Shown here: one piece after another, positions 17,701-26,084 of the stretch | How the letters are laid out: each line of letters opens with the position of its first letter | How positions within the stretch are numbered: position 1 is the first letter of the stretch | Source: a virus | DNA: 64,000 nt | Virus record (IMG/VR): IMGVR_UViG_3300012953_000015 | Location: 64,001 to 128,000 of that record | Reading direction: 5' to 3' (one strand) | Translations under genes and position numbers: made by a program | Notes under the pieces: model-generated | Databases searched by the model: none | What the model was told of the DNA's origin: nothing | Seen by the model: only the letters and a program-made list of their open reading frames with translations

Positions 17701-19247
17701 GAGAGGTTTCTGGTATGTCTCTCTTTTCCGATCCGGATACTTCTAGTGCTTCTTCTATCATTGATTCTACTAACAAAGCTCATGTCAACTTCAGGTTACC
17801 TCCAGTTCCTTTGAGAAGGCATGTAGGCGTTGGCGTTATACCAAAGAGAAGATCAAATTCAGCTTTCTGTTGGGGAATCCAGTTTGAAGCTGACGATGCG
17901 TACTCAGAATCAAATAAGAACTCTGGTCACGCTTCGATGATGCCTTCACTCACCAAATATCTTCCGGATTATGTAACTAACGCCATGAAGCTGCTTGTGA
18001 GAAATGATGCTACGTCTGATAGCAACAATAACAACGAATTTAGCCTCGAAAATATTCAAGTTATTACAAATGCTTCCGATAAGCCTGATTCAAAAGAGTG
18101 GGCAGCAGCTTTATACAGGAGAGGTGGAACTGTTTCGAAAGCTATTGTTGATGTTGATGGAAACCCAGCTGCTACGTCTAGGATGTTAAATTCTACTACT
18201 GATTTAGATTTAGGTTCTGTTAGAAGATTCCTTAAATTTACTACATATGTTCAGGGTGGATTTGATGGTGTCAATATTTTCGATAGACAAAAAGCAGCAC
18301 TTTCAGATGTAGCTGTTAAGAGAGAAATAGATTATCCTGAAGACCAAGGAGGCAAAGCTGGTTCCACTGCGGCAACTTATCTTAAAGCTATAGATGTTTT
18401 AGCTGAGAAGAGCGATGTAGACATTCAGCTTTTAGCGATACCGGGAATAAGACAAACTCTCGTAACTGATAAAGCTATTGAAGCGGTCGAAGACAGGTTC
18501 GATGCTATGTATCTAATGGATACTATAGTTTACGATTCTGATAACTTGCCAATCACTGGTTCAGATCAGAAAGTAAGCGTGACAAACACAGTTAGCAGAT
18601 TTAGCAACAGAGTCTTGGATACAAGTTTTGCAGCTGCGTATTTTCCAGACGTTATATTGCAAGATCCTAGTACAGGAACAAATGTTCAAGCTCCTCCCTC
18701 AGTAGCAGTTTTAGGAGCTTTTTCTCTTAATGACCAGCTAGCTCACCCATGGTTTGCTCCTGCTGGTTTTACAAGAGGCGCTATGGCTAATGTTTTAGAA
18801 ACTCAAGTTAAACTAAATCGAGACAACCTCGATGCTCTTTACGATGCAGATATAAATCCTATTACTTCTTTCCCACATTCTGAAGGAGTTATAGTTTTTG
18901 GTCAGAAAACTTTGCTGAGGACTCAAAGTTCTCTTGATAGAGTTAATGTTCGTAGGCTTCTTATAGAAATAAGAAGAAGAGTAAGGGCTGTTGCAAATAA
19001 TTTTATATTTGAGCCAAACAGAGAAGAAACTTTGGCGAGGTTCTCAGCGTCGGTCAACCCAATACTGCGACAGATTCAGCAGCAGCAGGGTGTCGATAGG
19101 TTCCTCGTTAGAATTGATACTTCTACAACGACTCAAACCGATGTAGAAAATAATACATTAAGGGGCAAGATATTCTTGCAACCAACACGTTCAGTTGAAT
19201 TTATTTCACTTGACTTTGTTATTACAAATGCAGGTGCAGAAATCTAA
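14781..19247 (+). CDS. gp18: Tail sheath protein 2 (gp18 family) with three inserted repeat modules
   Basis: SPGVSTREIDL; PWFAPAGFTRG, GQKTL, LDRVNVRR, PTRSVEFISLDF. Confidence 0.93.
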   Translation: MAELTFKSPGVSTREIDLSGPSRTGPVGTPAGVIGTATKGRAFVPLVFANLSEFVAEFGSVGSDKFGPMALREWFTNARAGLYLKVLGAGDGKARLDSFTSANAKGERQQAGSVLNAGFIVGERQVDPGTGRLAHNPYAGSNVAPVQAVGKITFGGVGTAGHMITLTSTGGVVKTYKFVNEATSETGNLDGTAVKVSIQGGGDAASMADQLQDAINNATNGHGSEAAATRLVASAVDGEDAQVALTQAAGQAGNIKIRSHQAAVTGTAAANVTITTDFTAGVDGQGAPGQTHVLGCLMREVAHAKAKTTITVSTHGSALAPAGGDFTKIVGKGITLTSTDGTTKQYVIVDNATADKDPVAGGNQAFVTGDLIEAADVLGTAVTVTSTDSRIGAVAVAIPNVTSSTQQTLLAQLLTAINSSNGHNAGTSAANSTKIKALNAVNGTLTLDQVKFGRSGNTDVVTDITLSVVTVGTAFTGGLGELIFQESGVGLDAATPATGVKFAPVARGILMFASGVVPSMSSSRASVSNNTAIGQRASEDSKKATATITLNGEIAAGKKFILVDAAGVTQTYTAGANDPANGAFDRDGGNTVNAASIAGCINQGGGRTIGITAVATGAVIKLTQDAAGVAGNTVILSDLDTATVSGASGTTLPGFFSGGTTSVARVSANSSRTFGTLEGLDNGGSALGAIDVKDSKQEFVMLLNGHKPTGAYPNALTASFDPQATNYFANILNTNPEALQEAGHLLYTHYDVFSSYAIPAGTDNPYLSAAERAANSGKSGLTNNTQELREVGFLMRSQWDRNVSAVAYPSLEDFSDRFRTAVSPTIRSQKFGGESQDLFKVHSLDDGSGGNAEYKITIENIKRSQSEKDRYGQFDLVVRDFNDNDREPVALERFSALSLNPQSDRYICRIIGDYRLFYDFDKRPGSQKVSLTGKHPNVSNYIRIEASTAVDEKTIDPTALPFGFRGVPRLSINGEVSGMSLFSDPDTSSASSIIDSTNKAHVNFRLPPVPLRRHVGVGVIPKRRSNSAFCWGIQFEADDAYSESNKNSGHASMMPSLTKYLPDYVTNAMKLLVRNDATSDSNNNNEFSLENIQVITNASDKPDSKEWAAALYRRGGTVSKAIVDVDGNPAATSRMLNSTTDLDLGSVRRFLKFTTYVQGGFDGVNIFDRQKAALSDVAVKREIDYPEDQGGKAGSTAATYLKAIDVLAEKSDVDIQLLAIPGIRQTLVTDKAIEAVEDRFDAMYLMDTIVYDSDNLPITGSDQKVSVTNTVSRFSNRVLDTSFAAAYFPDVILQDPSTGTNVQAPPSVAVLGAFSLNDQLAHPWFAPAGFTRGAMANVLETQVKLNRDNLDALYDADINPITSFPHSEGVIVFGQKTLLRTQSSLDRVNVRRLLIEIRRRVRAVANNFIFEPNREETLARFSASVNPILRQIQQQQGVDRFLVRIDTSTTTQTDVENNTLRGKIFLQPTRSVEFISLDFVITNAGAEI

Positions 19248-19283
19248 TATAGAGTATATTTAAAAGGAGATTAGGAGAAAAAA

Positions 19284-19772
19284 ATGGCCGAAACACTAAA
19301 TGTCTCAAGCATGTTACCGAACAAGTTCGAACCTAAAAGAAAGTTTAGATGGGTCTTCGCAATTGAAGGTGTCGATGCTTACTTAATCAAAACTGCCGCA
19401 AGGCCTACGATGAACACGACGGGTATTGAAATACCTTTTATGAATTCGCATAGGTATATTGCTGGTAAGACAAAGTTTGACCCGATCGCTGTAACTTTAC
19501 ACGATCCAATTGCACCGTCTGGAGCACAGCAAGTTATGGAATGGGTGAGAACACATTTCGAATCAGTATCAGGTAGAGCTGGTTATGCTGATTTCTATAA
19601 GCGAGATTGCCAACTCAAGCTTTTAGATCCTGTTGGGACTGTCGTTGAACTTTGGGATATCAAAGGTTGCTTCCTTGAATCAGCTGGGTTTGGTGACTTA
19701 GATTATGGAACTGAAGATCCTGCTGAGATTTCATTATCAATCAGATTTGATAATTGCGTACTGCAGTACTAG
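19284..19772 (+). CDS. gp19: Tail tube protein (gp19-like)
   Basis: FEPKRKFRW, L.DPIAPSGAQQVMEW, GYADFYK, LDPVGTVVELW; follows the sheath genes. Confidence 0.88.
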   Translation: MAETLNVSSMLPNKFEPKRKFRWVFAIEGVDAYLIKTAARPTMNTTGIEIPFMNSHRYIAGKTKFDPIAVTLHDPIAPSGAQQVMEWVRTHFESVSGRAGYADFYKRDCQLKLLDPVGTVVELWDIKGCFLESAGFGDLDYGTEDPAEISLSIRFDNCVLQY

Positions 19773-19800
19773 ATACTAAAATAAGATAATCTTCTTTTGC

Positions 19801-19837
19801 AAAAATCAAGAAGTCTTTTAGACTTCTTGATTTTTTT
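19801..19837 (+). terminator. Rho-independent (possibly bidirectional) terminator
   Basis: AAAAATCAAGAAGTC-TTTTA-GACTTCTTGATTTTT. Confidence 0.88.
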
Positions 19838-19900
19838 GTTTACTCTGCGAAAATATCAAATAAATTTTATTCTTAAGGCCATTTAATTAAGAGGTATTTT

Positions 19901-20758
19901 ATGAGCGAAAACGAAAACACCCGTGGAGAACTGTTCGGGCATGGTTCTAGTCATGCAAAATCTCAAGGGATTGCAACAAGCAATGTAATGAAAGATGATT
20001 TTGGTTTTGAAGTTCCAATTGAATCTGTCCCACTTCCATCTAAAGGACTAGTTTATGACGCTGACAGTCCTCTTCACGGACAAGAAACTTTAGAGATTAA
20101 AGCTATGACAGCTAAAGATGAAGATATCTTAACATCTAGGGCTCTTATTAAAAAAGGTACGGTTATAACTCACCTTCTCAAGTCATGTTTAATAGACAAA
20201 ACAATAAACCCCGAAGAAATGCTGTCGGGTGACAGAAACGCAATCATGACGGCTCTAAGGGTGACTGGTTACGGTCCGGAGTATGAAGTTGAAGTAGACT
20301 GCCCTGCTTGTGGCGAGAGATCTAAACAAGCTTTCGATCTTACCGACATGCCTATCAATTCTTTGATGGTAGATCCAGTCTCTTCAGGCGCTAACGTTTT
20401 TGAGTTCGTATTACCAACCACTGGTTTACCTGTAAGGTTTAAATTTCTAACCGGTGAAGACGAGCAAGAAATTATGACTTTAGCCGAAAGAAGAAAAAAG
20501 AAAGGTTTTACAGCTGATAACGTAGTTACTCAGAGGTTAAGTTACTCTATACAAGAGATTAATGGAATAAAAGACAAAAATAAGATAAACATGTTTATTA
20601 AAAACATGCCTGCTCGAGATTCTCTAGAATTAAGAAGGTTTATTGACAAAAACGAGCCAGGTATCGATCTTTCCGGTTGGTTAGAATGTCCTCACTGTCA
20701 AGAAACATCGGAGGTTAAGTTGCCCATTGGGGCCTCGTTTTTTTGGCCTGACACCTGA
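19901..20758 (+). CDS. Baseplate hub/tail assembly chaperone (gp26-like)
   Basis: PLPSKG, MTAKDEDIL, GDRNAI...R..GYG, two CxxC motifs, terminal FFWP; lies between tube and tape measure genes. Confidence 0.75.
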   Translation: MSENENTRGELFGHGSSHAKSQGIATSNVMKDDFGFEVPIESVPLPSKGLVYDADSPLHGQETLEIKAMTAKDEDILTSRALIKKGTVITHLLKSCLIDKTINPEEMLSGDRNAIMTALRVTGYGPEYEVEVDCPACGERSKQAFDLTDMPINSLMVDPVSSGANVFEFVLPTTGLPVRFKFLTGEDEQEIMTLAERRKKKGFTADNVVTQRLSYSIQEINGIKDKNKINMFIKNMPARDSLELRRFIDKNEPGIDLSGWLECPHCQETSEVKLPIGASFFWPDT

Positions 20759-21014
20759 TTATAAAGAAGTCTTTTTAGATCAAATATTTTTGTTAATGTA
20801 TTATATGGGATTCGGTTATAGAGAATGCTATATGTTACCAGTTTGGCAAAGGATATGGTTTATAAAAAGAATAAATAAAGAAATATCTAGGACCGCTGAC
20901 AATAATAATGGTAATGCCGCAACTAGAGGAGCTCATCATAACGATCCCTCCTCTAGGGCATTAATGGGACGCCAACGTGCACATGTTCCAGCAAAATTGA
21001 GAAGATTTACATAA
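20739..21014 (+). CDS. Probable frameshift extension of the tail chaperone (GT-like)
   Basis: +1-frame ORF overlapping the T7 run at 20738-20744; no SD-ATG start of its own. Confidence 0.6.
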   Translation, partial: FFGLTPDYKEVFLDQIFLLMYYMGFGYRECYMLPVWQRIWFIKRINKEISRTADNNNGNAATRGAHHNDPSSRALMGRQRAHVPAKLRRFT

Positions 21015-21022
21015 TTAATATT

Positions 21023-21280
21023 ATGCTTAACGAAATAAAATGGAAAGATTTTTTTGCTGATTGCGCTTTATACATCATGAGCGAGCAGGATACATTTAAA
21101 TTAAATGGCGAAAAAGAAATCGTAAATGTCATTGCAGAAAACATTTCAGTTTCTAGAAAGCTTTATAACTCTCTTTGTTCTGAGGCTACGGATATAGAGG
21201 AAATTAAGACTATTATAATTAAAAAGAAAAGAGCATCGAAGATGTTCTTTGAGTCTACCGGCATCCAGTGGCCTTTTTAA
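21023..21280 (+). CDS. Hypothetical protein, probably leaderless
   Basis: ATG 5 nt after ATAATTA, no SD. Confidence 0.55.
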   Translation: MLNEIKWKDFFADCALYIMSEQDTFKLNGEKEIVNVIAENISVSRKLYNSLCSEATDIEEIKTIIIKKKRASKMFFESTGIQWPF

Positions 21281-21340
21281 GCTGTTGAGAAATCCTCCAG
21301 CGTAATAATTATTGCTGATGGCTGACTTTGAGGTTTAATA

Positions 21341-24300
21341 ATGGCTGATACATCTGATTTAGGCAAGCAAGCCGAACTACTATCACAGATAAATAGCCTT
21401 CTTGCACAAAGGTGCGATCTTGAAGCTAAAATAGCCAACTCCTGTGGCAAGCAAGGCGCAATGGCCGGCGAAATGGCTGCTGCAACTAACGCTTCTGCTC
21501 AAGGACTTAAAGACCTCGGAGGAGGTTGGTCTGAAGTTAATAGCGCTTTAGATGAGGGTTCTAGAAAACAGAAAGATATCAACAAACAATCTAAAGGTTT
21601 TCTAAAAGGAATGCTTAGCAAATCCAAAGGAATCGTTGGAGCTGCTGCTGGTTTCGGTGTTTTCACTAAAGGTTTAAAGTTTGCAGCCCAAGGCCTTAAG
21701 GGCGTTGCTATGGCCGGCAAATCTATGATAAAAGGCGTTTTCAACATCTCGAAAGCGATATTGAAAATACCATTCAAGATATTTGGCGGGTTGATCGGCA
21801 TGGCGAATAAGAACGCCGGTGCCGGAACAGCATTAAGACAAGCATATGAAGACGTGCGCAAAGAGTTTGGATCTTTTTCGGAAGGTCCAGCTAAAAACGT
21901 TATCGCTGGTTTTAATGACATGCGAAGTTCAGCAGGCAATCTAGCTGGAACAGGTTTGTCAGCATCTAGAGTTTTTGGATACGGGCCTGAAGGCATGGCT
22001 AAGATGATGGGTGCTGTTGCAGACATCGCTAAAGGTCTGGGCCCAGCTATAAACTTACTTGGCGATGAGTTTGGCAAAGTTGCTGAACAAGCTGTCATGT
22101 TCTCCAAAGGGTTAGGTTTGTCCGGGGAACAAATGGGTAAGCTTATGAAGGATGCAAAACTTTCAGGTAAATCCCAAACTGACATGATGACTGAAGTTGG
22201 AAGCATGTCGCTTCAAATGGCTGACAAGTTTGGATTAAGTTCTAAAGACATCGGTCGTGATATAGCTGACATGAAATCAGATTTTGTGTCTTTCGGTAAC
22301 GTATCTACAGCAGAAATGGGAGCTGCTTCTGCTTATGCTAGATCTCTTGGCATGGATATGAAAGATCTCAAGGGCGTCGTCGATAAATTCGATGATTTTG
22401 AGGGAGCAGCTGAAAGCGTTGGACAATTGAATCAGGCTTTTGGTATTCAGCTAGACACTATGAAGATGATGAATGCTGAAAACCCTGCCGAAAGAATTGA
22501 CATGATGCGAAAAGCTTTCTTCGCGGCCGGCAAGTCTATTGAGAACATGACGCGCCAAGAAAAGAAGCTTATGATGCAACAAACCGGCTTGACTGAGTCT
22601 GCTCTCAAGAGCGCTTTTGCTGCTGAAAACCAAGGGGTAGCATACGAAGACTTCGCAGACGCTGCAGCTGAGTCTGAAGAAAATCAATTGTCGCAAGAAG
22701 AAGTCATGCTTAAGTTAGCAAAAGCGATTGAAAAAATCAGTGCTGCTGGCCCAGGGTTTACCGGCATGTTTGACGCATTCAGCAAGGGCTTTATGAAAGC
22801 CGTCATGTACGACGATGACATGAAAGATCTTTTCAGAACAATCAGACAGATGCTTAGAGCGGTTTTTAAGTTAGGAAAAGTTTTTGGAACCTTTTTTGTC
22901 GCGCTTTTAAAAGGCTCTGGGGTAATTAAAGCTCTTAAAGAATTTTTCAACCCCAAAATTATTTCAACTTTTACCAAGACAATAACTCCCATGTTGAAGG
23001 GTTTAGCGAATTTCTTAACTACTGGTAAAGGTAATCCAGAAAAGCTTTTTGATACATTTTTTGGCGCCTTAGATAAAATGTTCAGCGCTCGTGGAACAGC
23101 CGGCAAAAAAGTTGCTACTGCATTTGGAAGATTGATAGAGATGTTAGCAACTCTGTTTGCGAAGCTAGCTGAATGGGCAAAACCAAAAATTATTCCCTAT
23201 TTGAAAGGTTTGATTACAGGGGTTCAGAAATTCTTTTCCGGTTCTGGAATAGGTGCCGGAATAGCAGATGCCCTTGGAAAATTGATGGTTGGTGCATTTG
23301 TAAGCGCTTTTAAATTCGTATTTTCAGCAGCAGGCCAAGGCATAAAAGCTCTTAAGAAAACATTTAAAGCATGGTATGATAAAGACGCTCCTAACGCCAT
23401 CCGCGCAGCCTCGACCGGAGCTAACTTATTGGGCGTAGGTACTAGAATTATGGGTAAGTTCGGTATGGCCCTTAACCCATATGCTGCTCTGGCCATGGCA
23501 GCCTCATCCTTTTCCAAAGGCTTTGAAAACATGGACAAAGCTGTTGACAAAGGCATAACAGGAGTAAATAGAACCCTTTCAGTTGGGGCAGCTTCTTATT
23601 TAGAGTTGCTTACCTTTGGATTAATGCCCGATCACATATCTGCCAAACTAGGGAATTTTGTCGGACAGTTGCTCGATGTCCTAGACGGATTTTTTAAAAA
23701 AATTGGATTAGGGTCGTTTTTTGATGGGTTTAAGCAAGAAGTAGCTGGCGTCATCCAAATATTCAAAGGCATTGGAGATATAGTTAGAGGACTTTTTTCT
23801 GGAGACGCGGCAAAAGTTCAAGAAGGTTTAGAGAGCCTTATGAGCGGTATTTTCGATACGATCGTAGGTAGAGTAAAAATGATTGGTACTGTACTGTTAC
23901 AACTTGTAACTCGAGTACTTCCTTGGGTCGGTAAGCTTTTGATGAAAATACTCGGAACAGTGGTTAAATGGGTAGTCACTGAGTTACCAAAAGCTATAAT
24001 TGGGGCTTTTGTGTTTGTCGGGAAAAAATTGGTTAAAGGCGGCCAGAATTTGATGAGCTTTTTCACTGATAAGAAATTCCGCGGAAAGGTATGGAAACAA
24101 GCAAAAGACTTCGCGGGGTCTATAGTGATGGGTTTGATAAACGGAATAAAGGACTTTATTGTTTACCTTGCAGAGTGGTTGGCCGAGATATGGGTTACAT
24201 TTGCAGACTTTTGGGACATTAATTCCCCATCTGGAAAAATGATGCAAGCCGGGCAAGATCTTGTTGACGGAATAATGGAGACTTTTGCTGCCCTTCCCCA

Positions 24301-25885
24301 ATTGATTCTTAACGTCGCAAGGGAGGCTTGGGATTCTATCAAGGGCGCTTTCGCCGGAGTTGCAGCTTGGGGTGCAGGCTTAGTAAAGTCCATGTTTGCA
24401 CCGTTCGCGACTATGGCGTCAACAATCGGAGGCTATGCCGAGGATGCTTGGGCAGCCGTTAAAAATGCTTTTAATGGCGTTAAAAAGTTTTTTGATTCTG
24501 TCGGTAAGGCTATCATCAATGGCGTCATGGCACCGATCAGGGCTATCAAGCGCAAAATCAGACAGGTGTTTGACGCATTACCTGACGTAATAAAAGATAG
24601 ACTCGTCATGCGCTCACCATCGAAAGTGTTCGCGGAAATTGGTCAAGGCATGAGCGACGGAATGACTCAACAATTTGATAAAGAAGCAATTAGCGGTGTG
24701 GGTAAAACGATGGATGCAACGGTGAAGACAGCTCAAGATGGTTTAAAAGGAGGAAACTATAACACGGGCATCGGCGAAGCTATTGTTAGTGAGATAAAAT
24801 CTCTCGGTCCCATGTTGGCTGCTGCTTCTATGGCTGCTATAGTAGAGATGGGAGAGTCTTTTAAAGATGGCTCGAAGTATATCGGCGCACTTTTTACTGG
24901 TTTGTTCACCGGTGAAATAGGCAACCTCTTAGGCTCAGTTTTTGGAAGTATTCCTGGAAAGATAACCTCCCTGATCTCGGGTGTCTTCCCCATATTGAAA
25001 GATGCTTTTGCGACAATGGGCAAGCTTGTGTACAAGGGCATGAGTTTCTTTATGAAAATGTTCAAGGGAGATAGCATAGTTGACGTTTTCTCCAAGATAA
25101 TGAATACAGTCGGCGCAGTTGCTAAAAGGGTTTTACAGCTTGTCACAAAACAAATGATGAAGTTATCAAAAGTGATTGGAATCATGGGCAAAAAAGGCAT
25201 GGGAATGTCTAAACTCAGTATTTTCTCGAGGCAAAACAAAAACATTTTTAAGTCTCTTGCGATAATGTTTAGGGACATGGTGAAAGTTTTAAGGAGGATA
25301 AAATTCGCTGTTGTTCATGACCTTTTAGAGTCTACTCTTTACTCAGTTCAGATGATTGATAAAACTTTCAAGGTAGTTTCGAGACTTAAGCCATCAGACT
25401 TAAGTAAAGCCCCAATGTTTAAAGCAGATTTTAGACAGAAAGTCCTTGACGGTTACGATCGATTAGGAGAAATGCTGGCTGATATTGGATATATAACTGC
25501 GGAACATCTAGGCAATTTCGACAATCGTCCGACTGAAGCTATGTTTAAAGCAGTCATGGAGACGTCTAGACTTTCCAAGGTTATTAAACAACAATTTGCA
25601 GGTGGTTCCGGAACCGTTGTAAGGGTAGTTGAAGATTTAGTAGACACTTATAACAAAACGTATGAAGCTTTAGAAGATGCCGCGAATCAACCAGCAAACT
25701 TGGCAATAAAGTTGGATAACTTTGCTTCAAAGGTAGGCATCAACAGAGATACATTCACAGTTAAAAATGAAAAGCTTAATTTCGAAGTTAATGTAGCAGT
25801 AGTTCTGAACGTTGATGAGTTAGGAAAGACTTTGACGAATAGAAAGATTATGGGTGCTAGGACCTTGAAGAAAGCATTAGGATAG
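21341..25885 (+). CDS. Tape measure protein
   Basis: 1514 aa, helical Ala/Gly/Lys-rich with periodic W/F repeats, KFDDFEGAAE..GQLN motif; follows the tail chaperone. Confidence 0.85.
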   Translation: MADTSDLGKQAELLSQINSLLAQRCDLEAKIANSCGKQGAMAGEMAAATNASAQGLKDLGGGWSEVNSALDEGSRKQKDINKQSKGFLKGMLSKSKGIVGAAAGFGVFTKGLKFAAQGLKGVAMAGKSMIKGVFNISKAILKIPFKIFGGLIGMANKNAGAGTALRQAYEDVRKEFGSFSEGPAKNVIAGFNDMRSSAGNLAGTGLSASRVFGYGPEGMAKMMGAVADIAKGLGPAINLLGDEFGKVAEQAVMFSKGLGLSGEQMGKLMKDAKLSGKSQTDMMTEVGSMSLQMADKFGLSSKDIGRDIADMKSDFVSFGNVSTAEMGAASAYARSLGMDMKDLKGVVDKFDDFEGAAESVGQLNQAFGIQLDTMKMMNAENPAERIDMMRKAFFAAGKSIENMTRQEKKLMMQQTGLTESALKSAFAAENQGVAYEDFADAAAESEENQLSQEEVMLKLAKAIEKISAAGPGFTGMFDAFSKGFMKAVMYDDDMKDLFRTIRQMLRAVFKLGKVFGTFFVALLKGSGVIKALKEFFNPKIISTFTKTITPMLKGLANFLTTGKGNPEKLFDTFFGALDKMFSARGTAGKKVATAFGRLIEMLATLFAKLAEWAKPKIIPYLKGLITGVQKFFSGSGIGAGIADALGKLMVGAFVSAFKFVFSAAGQGIKALKKTFKAWYDKDAPNAIRAASTGANLLGVGTRIMGKFGMALNPYAALAMAASSFSKGFENMDKAVDKGITGVNRTLSVGAASYLELLTFGLMPDHISAKLGNFVGQLLDVLDGFFKKIGLGSFFDGFKQEVAGVIQIFKGIGDIVRGLFSGDAAKVQEGLESLMSGIFDTIVGRVKMIGTVLLQLVTRVLPWVGKLLMKILGTVVKWVVTELPKAIIGAFVFVGKKLVKGGQNLMSFFTDKKFRGKVWKQAKDFAGSIVMGLINGIKDFIVYLAEWLAEIWVTFADFWDINSPSGKMMQAGQDLVDGIMETFAALPQLILNVAREAWDSIKGAFAGVAAWGAGLVKSMFAPFATMASTIGGYAEDAWAAVKNAFNGVKKFFDSVGKAIINGVMAPIRAIKRKIRQVFDALPDVIKDRLVMRSPSKVFAEIGQGMSDGMTQQFDKEAISGVGKTMDATVKTAQDGLKGGNYNTGIGEAIVSEIKSLGPMLAAASMAAIVEMGESFKDGSKYIGALFTGLFTGEIGNLLGSVFGSIPGKITSLISGVFPILKDAFATMGKLVYKGMSFFMKMFKGDSIVDVFSKIMNTVGAVAKRVLQLVTKQMMKLSKVIGIMGKKGMGMSKLSIFSRQNKNIFKSLAIMFRDMVKVLRRIKFAVVHDLLESTLYSVQMIDKTFKVVSRLKPSDLSKAPMFKADFRQKVLDGYDRLGEMLADIGYITAEHLGNFDNRPTEAMFKAVMETSRLSKVIKQQFAGGSGTVVRVVEDLVDTYNKTYEALEDAANQPANLAIKLDNFASKVGINRDTFTVKNEKLNFEVNVAVVLNVDELGKTLTNRKIMGARTLKKALG

Positions 25886-25895
25886 GAGATTGATC

Positions 25896-26084
25896 ATGAG
25901 TGAAAACAACAAAAAAGATCTCGATGATCTAGATATCGATAAAGTTAAAGAGATATACAATAACATTGTAGAAGATTTTCCTTTTGAAAAATATGAAAAA
26001 TTAGTAGAAGCTTTAAAAGAAGTTATGTCAGACCCTAGAATGAAGAAAGAAGTGAAATTATATTTCAAGGAGAACCCTAAGTAA
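25896..26084 (+). CDS. Hypothetical small protein
   Basis: SD AGGAG, stop overlaps the next ATG. Confidence 0.5.
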   Translation: MSENNKKDLDDLDIDKVKEIYNNIVEDFPFEKYEKLVEALKEVMSDPRMKKEVKLYFKENPK

